A stretch of 64,000 nucleotides of DNA, taken from NCBI GenBank assembly GCA_964525295.1, contig CAZGEO010000002.1, positions 193,230 to 257,229 of the forward strand. Direction: 5' to 3'. Of this stretch, positions 17,428 through 26,834 are shown piece after piece. The position numbers were made by a program, and so were the translations under genes. The stretch comes from an uncultured Candidatus Saccharibacteria bacterium. Its GTDB lineage: Bacteria; Patescibacteriota; Dojkabacteria; GCA-002793355. The notes below the pieces were generated by a model that worked only from the letters and a program-made list of their open reading frames with translations, had not been told where the DNA came from and ran no database searches. Positions within the stretch are counted from its first letter, which is position 1; the number at the start of each line of letters is the position of its first letter.

Positions 17428-18609
17428 ATGAAATTCCCCAATTACAAAACGAACTTATTTCTTGGGTATCTCTACATCTTTTTATTTAATGCAACTTTTT
17501 GGTACGGCACTTGGGCTCTTTTCTTTTTAAGCAAGGTAAGTTACGGTGATTTAGGAATTATTCAATCCGCAACATTATTTACAACGCTTATAACTGAAGT
17601 TCCAACGGGAGCCTTGAGCGATATAATCGGTAAGAAAACATCGTTGATTATTAGTGCCTTGTTAATTGCAATTGGAGAATTATTCGTGCCGATATTTCCA
17701 GGATTTTGGATATTTCTTATTACTGGAGTCGTCATTCGTCTGGGAATGAGCTTTTACTCAGGAACAATGGATGCATTTATGTATGACACACTCGTTTCTG
17801 CAAAGCAAACTGATTTGCACCCTAAAGTGTTGTCTCGCATGTCGTTATTCACTTCTGCAGCTATTGCTTTTGCTAGTATAGTTGGAGGATTTCTTTACTT
17901 AGTAAATTTTGCGTTGCCTTGGTATTTCACGTTTGCAGCAAAATTGCTTTGCTTCTTTATTGCTTTTTTTATGATTGAACCCGCTGTAGATACAGAAAAA
18001 ACTGAAATGAAGAATGTTTTGAAGCAGAATTTATTAGGCTTTAAACATCTGTTTTCGCCTCAACTGTTACAATTCTCACTTTTTATTGTATCTTTTTCGA
18101 TAATCGGCAGAATCGCCTATGAGATCTTAGACGATACTAATGTTGTTGAAGTCGGACTTAACGCCTCTCAGATCGGTGCTTATTACGCAATATTTATATT
18201 TTTGTCATTACCAATTTCATTGCTTTACAATCGAATTCAGAAAAAAATCGCGCCACTCAATTTGTTACTAATAACAGTCGTCCTGTACGCACTTATTCAG
18301 GTTTTTACACCAATTGTTTCCGTTCCCTTATATCTGGCTATTTTTACCGTGAGAATCATTATCTATCCGTTATACACTAATGCGATGTCACAAATTTTGA
18401 ATGCAAAAACGCCTTCTAACATTAGAGCAACCACATTGTCAACGGTTGAGTTGATATCGGCTCTACCATTTGTTATTCTTTCTTTCCCGATAGGTCTACT
18501 AATGGAATCTTTAACGTCACGCGTTGTAACTGGAATTTTCGGTATGATTCTCTTGATCTTGGTACTTGTTCAAATCGTTTATCACAAGCATTGGAAGAAG
18601 ATGCTATAG
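17428..18609 (+). CDS. MFS-type transporter (about 12 TM), paralog of the CDS at 6331-7533.
   Basis: EVPTGALSDIIGKK loop motif. Hydrophobic over the full 393 aa. Confidence 0.65.
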   Translation: MKFPNYKTNLFLGYLYIFLFNATFWYGTWALFFLSKVSYGDLGIIQSATLFTTLITEVPTGALSDIIGKKTSLIISALLIAIGELFVPIFPGFWIFLITGVVIRLGMSFYSGTMDAFMYDTLVSAKQTDLHPKVLSRMSLFTSAAIAFASIVGGFLYLVNFALPWYFTFAAKLLCFFIAFFMIEPAVDTEKTEMKNVLKQNLLGFKHLFSPQLLQFSLFIVSFSIIGRIAYEILDDTNVVEVGLNASQIGAYYAIFIFLSLPISLLYNRIQKKIAPLNLLLITVVLYALIQVFTPIVSVPLYLAIFTVRIIIYPLYTNAMSQILNAKTPSNIRATTLSTVELISALPFVILSFPIGLLMESLTSRVVTGIFGMILLILVLVQIVYHKHWKKML

Positions 18610-18618
18610 ACGGTATAA

Positions 18619-19068
18619 TTGAGCATGGAAAAAAATCTTCCCAACGAAAATTCTTTCCGCTTTATTGCTGTGCTGAATCGTAAGATCGGAATTGGGCGAC
18701 TGTTCAACGCGCTAGGTCACATGACAGCGGGGCTTGTTGGGGGGGCAAACGATATAGAAGGTATGCATTTCTTGCAATACCGCGATAAAGATGGTGGGTT
18801 TCATAGAAATATCTCGCATTTTCCATTTATCGTTTTACAAGCTGACAATTCTAATCAAATTCGTACTCTGCGCCAACAGCTTTTGGTTCTGAATTTTCAG
18901 TTCACTGATTTTACTAGTACAATGACGGTTGGCACTAGTGCAGAGCAACAGGCTACAACCGAAGTCACGCCAGAATCTGAACTTGAATATTTTGGGCTCT
19001 GCGTGTTTGGTGAAACCGAAGCCCTTAGGCAACTAACGAAAAAGTTTTCACTTTTCAAAAATGAATAA
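18619..19068 (+). CDS. Small cytoplasmic protein, hypothetical.
   Basis: 149 aa. Conserved-looking glycine cluster GHMTAGLVGGAND. No assignable motif. Confidence 0.4.
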   Translation: MSMEKNLPNENSFRFIAVLNRKIGIGRLFNALGHMTAGLVGGANDIEGMHFLQYRDKDGGFHRNISHFPFIVLQADNSNQIRTLRQQLLVLNFQFTDFTSTMTVGTSAEQQATTEVTPESELEYFGLCVFGETEALRQLTKKFSLFKNE

Positions 19069-19705
19069 ACAGAAATTTTTTCTTACGTCATCAACAATTA
19101 CCGAGAATTTAGTTTCAGACTTTGAAATTTTTACACATCGCTCAATTACAGGTATGTCCTGTGCATTTATCACTGACGCTTTTTACGGTTTCACTTCAAA
19201 TGATCCAGAGTATCTTGAAAATGATAGAGCAGATCTTTATGGTTACGGCTGGAAATTAACTGACGTCAGATTGCTGGAATATCTTGGTAAATCGTTTGAT
19301 TCTCTTTCAGACTTTGACGTACTTTATGTCAATGGTGGAGCTAGCGGTTATTTGGCGAATGTCATGCATAAAACAGGTTTCGATTCGTGGTTGGTTAACT
19401 ACATGAATAATGGTGGGATTTACGTCGGTTCTTCTGGTGGTAGCATGGTGCTTTCAGATTCACAAGATGCAGCGATTTGGTATATTGGAGAAGCGGAACC
19501 TTTTGCAGCGACTGTTCGCGGATTAGGATATTTTTCATGGCAAATATATCCACATTACGAAGAAGTTTTGTTGCCAGAAATTGAACGACTTCGAGATAGG
19601 TCGCTTGAGTACGTCTTATTACGAAACGGGCAGGCAGTAGCTTTCGATGGTCAAGAGAGAACTTTCTATGGTGGACATGTAGACGTTTTACCCGCAGTTT
19701 GCTAG
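19061..19705 (+). CDS. Peptidase S51 (dipeptidase E-like) family protein.
   Basis: LYVNGGASGYL ... IYVGSSGGSMVLSDS matches the PepE GGNT / GxSAGS nucleophile region. Confidence 0.6.
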   Translation: MNKQKFFLTSSTITENLVSDFEIFTHRSITGMSCAFITDAFYGFTSNDPEYLENDRADLYGYGWKLTDVRLLEYLGKSFDSLSDFDVLYVNGGASGYLANVMHKTGFDSWLVNYMNNGGIYVGSSGGSMVLSDSQDAAIWYIGEAEPFAATVRGLGYFSWQIYPHYEEVLLPEIERLRDRSLEYVLLRNGQAVAFDGQERTFYGGHVDVLPAVC

Positions 19706-20346
19706 TATCATCTATGTGGAAAACATATCTTATAGACTGGGATGGTTGTATGGCAAAAACTCTTGATGTTTGGATGGATGCGTACATGTCTCAGTATGCA
19801 GCTGAAGGAATTCTAGTGACGCCTCAGGAAATAATTGAAAAATCATGGGGAAATCTTCAGAAAGGTCCGCAAAATTTTGGAGTTAAAAATCCAGAAGAAA
19901 CATGGAAAAGTATAATTGAAAAAGTGCATGAGGGAGTTTTAGAAGTTCCTTTATACGATGGAGTCTATGATACATTGCATACGCTTAGTACACTTGGGGT
20001 AAATATTGCAATTGTGACGAGTTCAGAAAGAAAATTGGTAGAACCAGCAATAAACTATCATGGATTATCCAAATTCATCGACGTAATTGTTACCGAAGAA
20101 GATGTGCAACACCCAAAACCTGATCCAGAAATTATTCATAAAGCCCTAGAACGAATGGAGGTTGATAAAACTGAAGTAGTAATTATCGGCGATACAGGAA
20201 AAGATATACTGGCTGGTATCAATGCGGAAATCGATACGGTTTTAGTTTGTCATGATGAAAATCATCGTTACTACGATTTTACGAAGTTTCTTGAGCTAAA
20301 TCCTACTCGAGTTATTAGCAAATTCTCTGAATTGTCTGAATACTAG
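19699..20346 (+). CDS. HAD-superfamily hydrolase (subfamily IA-like).
   Basis: DxDG motif LIDWDGCM. Motif II VTSSER. Motif IV IGDTGKDILAG. Confidence 0.7.
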   Translation: MLVSSMWKTYLIDWDGCMAKTLDVWMDAYMSQYAAEGILVTPQEIIEKSWGNLQKGPQNFGVKNPEETWKSIIEKVHEGVLEVPLYDGVYDTLHTLSTLGVNIAIVTSSERKLVEPAINYHGLSKFIDVIVTEEDVQHPKPDPEIIHKALERMEVDKTEVVIIGDTGKDILAGINAEIDTVLVCHDENHRYYDFTKFLELNPTRVISKFSELSEY

Positions 20347-20514
20347 AATTGTTCAAAAAGTATTCAGAAATTTTTCATACCCAACTAATTGGATCTCTCA
20401 TTGTGTGAATTCGTCAGGTCAAATCATTAATCGATAAGTAAACACTTCAATAATCATTCTTTTGCTAACAACGATAAATTTTTCTCGATCATTTTTGTCG
20501 AGGTATAACAATAC

Positions 20515-21663
20515 ATGAGAGAAATTTATGCAATTGCTACCTACTTAATCGTCAACAACATTTCAAGTAGCCAAAGTATGGCGAAATGGTTAATGAAATT
20601 ACATGAAACTTGGGTAGTGGATAAAGAATTTTTAGAGTCAGGTAGATATCATGAATTTGTTCGTTGGTTATTTGCTCAGAAAATAATTACTGAAAATATA
20701 CTATCGAATTTATTGCAATACACTTTATGGAAAGATGAAGCTGAAGAGTTTATTGAAAAATTAGAACAGCGGCAGATTCGTTTTTTTATAATAAGTGATG
20801 AAAATTTCCCCCAAGAGTTACGCGATATTTATGATCCGCCAGGCATAATTTTTACTTTTGGAAATATTGATTTGTTAAGGCCAGCGTTTAGAAAAATTAC
20901 GATTGTCGGAACACGTACTCCGTCAAATTATGCAATAATGCGTGCAAAACAATTTACCTATGAAAGTGTTAAGTGTGAATTGGTAATCGTTTCAGGTTTG
21001 GCGTCGGGAGTAGATCAATTTTGTCATCGTGAGGCTCTCGACCGGAATGGAAAGACTATCGCTGTAGTACCACAGTTAACCGAAGAGATGATCAAAGAGG
21101 TGAGATCGTACCCTGACAGAATTTTATTAGTGTCAGAATTTCCTCCCTGTGAGAATAAAGTTGCAAAATGGCAATATGTTACAAGAAATCGATTATCTGC
21201 AGCTTTATCGCCATATACGATTGTCGTTGAAGCACCAATTCGTAGTGGTACACTAATCACTGCCGATTTTGCGTTAATGTATGGAAAATCTGTGTATGTA
21301 GTACTTCCAGATCCGACTATCGAAACTAGCTATGGCGGTATCTTATTGGCTCAATCATTGGGAACTAGTATTTATGTGCAAAGCATCTACGAAGTATTTT
21401 ACTTTGAAGAAGACGAGTACCTAATGGGGAGATATCGACAGTTTATTAATGAGTTAAGTGGTGGCAAGATTTTGATAGAAGACACCGATTCTAGGCACTT
21501 AGCAGAGATCAATTGCAAACGATTAATATATGAATCCCAGGGGCGAGATCTCGATAAGTTCTCGACTGCCATGGTAGAATTACATCGATTTGGTATTATA
21601 AGAGAACGAAAAGAGAAAATTGTAATTAATTTCGCAGGGTATGAGTTATGGCCAAAAATTTAG
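20515..21663 (+). CDS. dprA: DNA processing protein DprA (Smf) with an N-terminal extension.
   Basis: Rossmann-like core VIVSGLASGVDQFCHREALDRNGKTIAVV. Sits immediately upstream of topA in the classic arrangement. Confidence 0.8.
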   Translation: MREIYAIATYLIVNNISSSQSMAKWLMKLHETWVVDKEFLESGRYHEFVRWLFAQKIITENILSNLLQYTLWKDEAEEFIEKLEQRQIRFFIISDENFPQELRDIYDPPGIIFTFGNIDLLRPAFRKITIVGTRTPSNYAIMRAKQFTYESVKCELVIVSGLASGVDQFCHREALDRNGKTIAVVPQLTEEMIKEVRSYPDRILLVSEFPPCENKVAKWQYVTRNRLSAALSPYTIVVEAPIRSGTLITADFALMYGKSVYVVLPDPTIETSYGGILLAQSLGTSIYVQSIYEVFYFEEDEYLMGRYRQFINELSGGKILIEDTDSRHLAEINCKRLIYESQGRDLDKFSTAMVELHRFGIIRERKEKIVINFAGYELWPKI

Positions 21664-23918
21664 TTATCGTTGAGTCTCCAGCAAAGGCGAAAACAATACA
21701 GGGATATTTAGGTAAAGATTTTGAAGTTATCGCAACGGTAGGGCATCTGATTGATTTGCCTGCGAGCAAATTGGGCGTTTCGATTGCAGATGGTTACGAA
21801 ATGGAGTACGTAACCATTAAAGGTAAAGATGAAGTAATTCGAAAAATTAAAAAAGAAGTCAAAGCCACCTCAGGAACTGTGTATCTCGCACAAGACCCTG
21901 ATCGTGAAGGGGAATCAATCGCCTGGCAAGTCGCACATCTGTGTGATCTTCCTTTGAGTAAATCAAAAAATGTGAGAAGAGCTGTTTTTCATGAAATTAC
22001 TAAAGATGCTATTCGAGCTGCAATTGGTGAAACACGTGATGTCGATCAAGATCTAGTAGAAGCTCAGCAGTCACGTAGGGTACTTGACCGTTTAGTAGGT
22101 TATCCATTGTCACAATTGTTATGGAAGAAAATTCAATATGGTCTATCTGCTGGTCGTGTTCAATCTGCAGCTTTGAGGTTGATTGTCGAACGTGAAGATG
22201 AAATTCGTGCATTTGTCCCAACGCCATTTGTTACGTTTTCATCGATATATGTTGGTGGCGATGTTGTGTTTAACTTAGTCGAAAAGCAGGGAAGCATTCT
22301 GAAGCTTCAAATAGAAGAGGCAGCAACACTTAAAACAGAATTAGAAAGGGTTAAGCAACATATTGTTCTCGAGAGAAAAACTAAAACAGTAACATCAGCG
22401 CCTCCGCCACCTTTGGTTACCTCAACAATGCAACAAGCAGCAAACAAAACTTTTGGCTTTACTGCAAAAATGACCATGAAAATTGCCCAAGAGCTTTATC
22501 AAGGTGTAAATGTTAAAGAGCACGGTGGTTTGATAGGTTTGATTAGTTATATGCGTACTGATTCTGTCGCAATGAGTAATCAGGCAATAGGTGCAATTCG
22601 GCAGTTAATTGAATCGAAATATGGTAATCAATTCTTGAGTGAAATGCCACGACGCTACAAAACAAAATCACGAGTCGCTCAAGAAGCACACGAATGTATA
22701 AGGCCAACTCATGTAGAGCTGACTCCCGAAATGCTTAAAGGATACCTCACACCGCAACAGTACAAATTGTATTCATTAATCTGGCGTAGAGCAGTTGCCA
22801 CTCAGATGAAAGCGCAGGTCCTAGAAGAAGATCATTTGAATTTGGTTCCAGATGAAACCCAACTAAAAGAGCAATTTAAGAAAAACAAGTGGTCTTTCGA
22901 AGCAGTATCTCAACGTGAAATTTTTGCCGGATACAGATTGTTGAAACATGCTGGTGAAAAAGAACCTATTGCGCTTCCTTCAGTAAAAGAGGGTGACGTC
23001 TTACAGGTAAAGAAGCTGTCTGCAGAAGAGCAAATGACTATTCCACGTAGTCGTTTCAACGATGCCTCTATTGTTAAAGAAATGGAAAAATTAGGTATCG
23101 GACGTCCATCAACATACGCTACAATAATCGCGACATTAATTAGTAGAAACTATATTGTTCGTGAACAAAAGATGTTGTTTCCTACGGATGTGGGTATGTT
23201 GGTTTGCAACTTCTTGAAGGAACATTTTCCAAAAATCGTTGATTACGCTTTTACTGCTTCAATGGAGAAAGAGCTAGACGATATTGCAAATGCAAAAATG
23301 ACGAAGAAGAAAATGCTTGATGCATTCTATCCAAACTTTGCAAAAGAACTTGAAGACAAAAGTGGCACAATTAAGAAAGAGGACCTCACTTCATTAGGTG
23401 AAACAGATAAAGAATGCCGAAAATGTCACACAAAAATGCATTTGAAACTCGGTCCTTGGGGTAAATATTATCTTTGCCCAAATGAGGAGTGTAAGAGTAA
23501 AGAACCATTTGTAGACATGGACAAATATTTTGTACCTGAAGAGGTAGATAAAGAAGGATACATTCTTAAAAAAGGAAGATTTGGTATTTTCTGGGCACAT
23601 CCAGGGTATCCTGAAGTAAAAAAAACGCTTCCAGTTCTTCTCAAAGAAGTTTGTCCTGATTGTGGTGCTCATTTGGTAGAACGTAAGGGTAAAACGGGGA
23701 GAAGTTTTGTAGGTTGTTCGGCATATCCAACGTGCAAATACATTAAGAGTAAATTCTTTAAAAAGAAAGAGGGCGGTCAAACTAAATCCGCTGCAAAGAA
23801 AACCTCAGTTAAAAAGGTAACTAAGCGTGCAGCAACAAAATCGAAAACCGCTCGAGCAAGTAGCTCCTCGAGAAGAAAAACAACAAAAGCAACTGCGAAA
23901 AAATCCAAGAAAGCTTAG
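21648..23918 (+). CDS. topA: DNA topoisomerase I with C-terminal zinc ribbons and a Lys-rich tail.
   Basis: TOPRIM at the N-terminus (LVIVESPAKAKTI). The active-site region includes the catalytic Tyr in GLISYMRTDS. Multiple C-x-x-C zinc ribbons. The C-terminus is KKTSVKKVTKRAATKSK.... Confidence 0.95.
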   Translation: MAKNLVIVESPAKAKTIQGYLGKDFEVIATVGHLIDLPASKLGVSIADGYEMEYVTIKGKDEVIRKIKKEVKATSGTVYLAQDPDREGESIAWQVAHLCDLPLSKSKNVRRAVFHEITKDAIRAAIGETRDVDQDLVEAQQSRRVLDRLVGYPLSQLLWKKIQYGLSAGRVQSAALRLIVEREDEIRAFVPTPFVTFSSIYVGGDVVFNLVEKQGSILKLQIEEAATLKTELERVKQHIVLERKTKTVTSAPPPPLVTSTMQQAANKTFGFTAKMTMKIAQELYQGVNVKEHGGLIGLISYMRTDSVAMSNQAIGAIRQLIESKYGNQFLSEMPRRYKTKSRVAQEAHECIRPTHVELTPEMLKGYLTPQQYKLYSLIWRRAVATQMKAQVLEEDHLNLVPDETQLKEQFKKNKWSFEAVSQREIFAGYRLLKHAGEKEPIALPSVKEGDVLQVKKLSAEEQMTIPRSRFNDASIVKEMEKLGIGRPSTYATIIATLISRNYIVREQKMLFPTDVGMLVCNFLKEHFPKIVDYAFTASMEKELDDIANAKMTKKKMLDAFYPNFAKELEDKSGTIKKEDLTSLGETDKECRKCHTKMHLKLGPWGKYYLCPNEECKSKEPFVDMDKYFVPEEVDKEGYILKKGRFGIFWAHPGYPEVKKTLPVLLKEVCPDCGAHLVERKGKTGRSFVGCSAYPTCKYIKSKFFKKKEGGQTKSAAKKTSVKKVTKRAATKSKTARASSSSRRKTTKATAKKSKKA

Positions 23919-24552
23919 TGAACGTTTTGGATTCGAAGCATTATCAACAGATGAACTTCTAGCGGTTATTCTGCGATCTGGTACTGCTAAAAAGTCAGTA
24001 TATGAAATTGCAAAAAGAGCGCAGTTGGCAATACAAAGCAGTTTGCAAGAAAATTTTGATACTGAGCGTTTCTTGAATTCTTGCTCAAGTGAACTGCCAC
24101 AAAGTCCTGCCTTTCGAGCATCAATAGCATCATTATATGAGTTCATACGTCGCAAAACATGTGCTACTGATGCTCGAATTCGATTTTCGACACCGCAAAA
24201 AATTGTTCAAGATTACGAGTTTCTGGCAAGAAAACAGCAAGAGTTCGTATATGGCGTTTACTTAAGCCCCGATCTTACATTGAAAAAAAGTATTCTACTT
24301 GCCAAGGGAACAATAGATTATGTACTGCTTGAACCTTCTGATGTTTTTTATTATGCTCTTAAATATCGTTCGCGAAATGTTGTTTTGGTACATAACCATC
24401 CATCTGGTAATTTTCAGCCAAGCGACAAAGATATTGAGCACACAAAAAAACTTTCTGCAGCTGCAGATCTAATGCATATTAATTTGCTAGATCATCTAAT
24501 TGTTACGTGGAATGGTTATTACAGTTTTAAAGAATCAAAGCATGTGCTATAA
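23827..24552 (+). CDS. radC: RadC-like JAB/MPN domain protein (DNA repair protein RadC family).
   Basis: N-terminus PREEK...GFEALSTDELLAVILRSG. JAMM motif HNHPSGNFQPSDKD. The GTG start at 23827 overlaps the topA 3' end by 92 nt in another frame. The start is uncertain. Confidence 0.7.
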   Translation: MQQQNRKPLEQVAPREEKQQKQLRKNPRKLSERFGFEALSTDELLAVILRSGTAKKSVYEIAKRAQLAIQSSLQENFDTERFLNSCSSELPQSPAFRASIASLYEFIRRKTCATDARIRFSTPQKIVQDYEFLARKQQEFVYGVYLSPDLTLKKSILLAKGTIDYVLLEPSDVFYYALKYRSRNVVLVHNHPSGNFQPSDKDIEHTKKLSAAADLMHINLLDHLIVTWNGYYSFKESKHVL

Positions 24553-24656
24553 TTCAGGAACTTGGATTTTCTTTTTGAAATCCAAAATATATTTATATAA
24601 TTCAGGCTTTCGAACTCCTGCCAAATGGTCGAGAGCTTAGGTAAAAGGAGCGTAAA

Positions 24657-25712
24657 ATGAACGAACAAGTTACATCAATTACTCTTCCAACAACGGAAGA
24701 ATTATTAAAAGCAGGTGCACAATTTGGGCACTCAGTCCAAAGATGGCATCCAGCATTTGAACCATTTATTTACAAAGAAACTAAGGGCATTCATGTTATT
24801 GATGTCCGTCAAACAATCCCAGCAATTGAGAAGGCTGTTGATGCTTTACTCAAAGCAGTTCAACGCGAAGCACGTGTTATTATTGTTGGAACCAAAAAAC
24901 AAGCAGCACCAATTGTCCAAGAAATGGGTGAGAAATTCGGTGTTTATTATGTAAACGATAAATGGCCTTCAGGATTGTTAACAAACTTTAAAACCGTTTC
25001 TCAGTCTATTCAGAAATTGCAGCGTTTGCAAGAAATGCATGTCAAGAAGCGATATATTCTTCCAAAGAAAGAGCTTTTGGCAATGAAACGTGAAATTGAA
25101 AAACTTAAAAAGCGTTTTAATGGTGTAATGTTTATGGATAGAGTTCCTCAAATTATGATTGTTATTGACACAAAGTTTGAGAAAATCGCCGTAAAAGAAG
25201 CACGAGCATTAAACATTCCAATTATTGGTATTACCGACTCAAATTGTGATCCACGATTGGTTGATTTTCCTATACCATCGAATGATGACGCAATCAAAGC
25301 GATTCGTTTGATTTTTGGCGTATTTAGTGAAGTACTCAACAAATATAGCAGCAAGCGACTTATTCCAATGCGCGAACAATTTGCCAAGCGATTGACAGAT
25401 TTGGAGCGAGTAGTTGAAGAAGAACATCGCATTAAGACTGCAAGTGAATCACCAATTTCAGCTCCTGTTGTGACTCAAACAGTTACTCCACGAGAAGAAT
25501 CAAAGACTGGTAGAACCGTTCGTGTTAGCTCATTCCACCCAATTTCAGAATTGAAGTTGGCAACTACCGTTGAGGAGAAGCTTACTCAAGCAGGAATCAC
25601 ATCAATCGAACAATTGAAAGAAAAGAGCCTTGATGAACTTAAAGGTCTTAAAGGTGTCGGTGAAAAGACAGCAGAAAAGATAATTTCAGTCGTTAAGAAA
25701 TATGCCAAGTAA
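24657..25712 (+). CDS. rpsB: 30S ribosomal protein S2 with a C-terminal extension of about 100 aa containing a helix-hairpin-helix motif.
   Basis: The S2 core GAQFGHSVQRWHP...IIVIDTKFEKIAVKEARALNIPIIGITDSNCDP. The tail contains LDELKGLKGVGEKTAEKII (HhH). Confidence 0.9.
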   Translation: MNEQVTSITLPTTEELLKAGAQFGHSVQRWHPAFEPFIYKETKGIHVIDVRQTIPAIEKAVDALLKAVQREARVIIVGTKKQAAPIVQEMGEKFGVYYVNDKWPSGLLTNFKTVSQSIQKLQRLQEMHVKKRYILPKKELLAMKREIEKLKKRFNGVMFMDRVPQIMIVIDTKFEKIAVKEARALNIPIIGITDSNCDPRLVDFPIPSNDDAIKAIRLIFGVFSEVLNKYSSKRLIPMREQFAKRLTDLERVVEEEHRIKTASESPISAPVVTQTVTPREESKTGRTVRVSSFHPISELKLATTVEEKLTQAGITSIEQLKEKSLDELKGLKGVGEKTAEKIISVVKKYAK

Positions 25713-26280
25713 TCAAATTATTCTTCAGCTTCGCCAAGAAATAAAGGCAAGCTTTGTGCTTTGTAAAGAAGCTGCAGAGAAATATCCTGAAGATTATGAG
25801 AAAGCAAAAGCTTTTTTGATTGAACTTATCAAAGAACGATCAGGGAAGCGCGAAGGACGAGTTACTCAGAATGGTATTATCGAAGCATATGTTCACGCAG
25901 GTGGTACATTGGCCTCGATGGTAGAAGTACTTTGTGAGACAGATTTCGTCGCAAAAAATGAAGAATTGAAGGTATTTGCACATAATGTTGCATTACAGAT
26001 TGTTGCAACTAACCCACAATACGTTTCACTTGAAGAAATTCCTGCTGAAGCAATGGCTGAGTTAGAAAAAACTTGGAAAGAAGAGTTGCAGGGTAAGCCA
26101 GAAAATGTTGTTGAAAAGATTTTGGAAGGAAAGAAATCAAAGTATGCTGCAGAAATGTGCTTACTTGACCAACCATTCTTTAAGGACGACTCAAAAACTA
26201 TTCGTGATTTATTAAAGGAAGTAACCGGTAAACTTGGAGAAAACGTTAAAATATCACGATTCGAACGATGGCAGATTTAG
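25702..26280 (+). CDS. tsf: Elongation factor Ts (short form).
   Basis: N-terminal UBA-like LRQEIKASFVLCKEAAEKYPEDYEKAKAFL. Dimerisation core VAKNEELKVFAHNVALQI. 192 aa. Confidence 0.8.
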   Translation: MPSNQIILQLRQEIKASFVLCKEAAEKYPEDYEKAKAFLIELIKERSGKREGRVTQNGIIEAYVHAGGTLASMVEVLCETDFVAKNEELKVFAHNVALQIVATNPQYVSLEEIPAEAMAELEKTWKEELQGKPENVVEKILEGKKSKYAAEMCLLDQPFFKDDSKTIRDLLKEVTGKLGENVKISRFERWQI

Positions 26281-26831
26281 CCCAGATCTGGTCAGATTTA
26301 GATACTGACATGCAACTTGCATTAGAAGGCTTCAAAGAAGAAGCTCAGAAGATGCGAGCAGGAAGCGTTAATGTTGATCAACTGAAGAACATTCAAGTAA
26401 TGGCTTATGGTTCAGCTATGCCGTTATATCAGGTTGCAACAATTAGCACGCCAACTGCAGTTACTGCGATTATAACTCCTTGGGATAAAGGAAATCTTCG
26501 AGCAGCAGCAGATGCAATTCAGTCAGAGATGAAAGGTGAAGTTATGCCTTCAGTTAAGGATGATGCAATTTACTTGAATTATCCTCCAATCACGCAAGAG
26601 AAAAAAGAAGCATTTACAAAGCTTTTGAAAGATAAATCAGAAAATTATCGTCAAGGGATTCGCGATATTAGGCAAAATGCAAAGAGTAAGTTCGAAGATA
26701 TGAAGAAAGAAGGAGCTCTTCCTGAAGATGCTTTTTTTAAGGCATTGGAAGATCTTGATGAAACAACTAAGAAGTTCACTGACCTTATAAATGAGGTCTA
26801 TGAGCAAAAGAAGGAACAATTACTCAAATAA
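26268..26831 (+). CDS. frr: Ribosome recycling factor.
   Basis: 187 aa. NVDQLKNIQV ... ITPWDKGNL ... typical RRF. Overlaps the tsf stop. Confidence 0.9.
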   Translation: MADLAQIWSDLDTDMQLALEGFKEEAQKMRAGSVNVDQLKNIQVMAYGSAMPLYQVATISTPTAVTAIITPWDKGNLRAAADAIQSEMKGEVMPSVKDDAIYLNYPPITQEKKEAFTKLLKDKSENYRQGIRDIRQNAKSKFEDMKKEGALPEDAFFKALEDLDETTKKFTDLINEVYEQKKEQLLK

Positions 26832-26834
26832 GCC

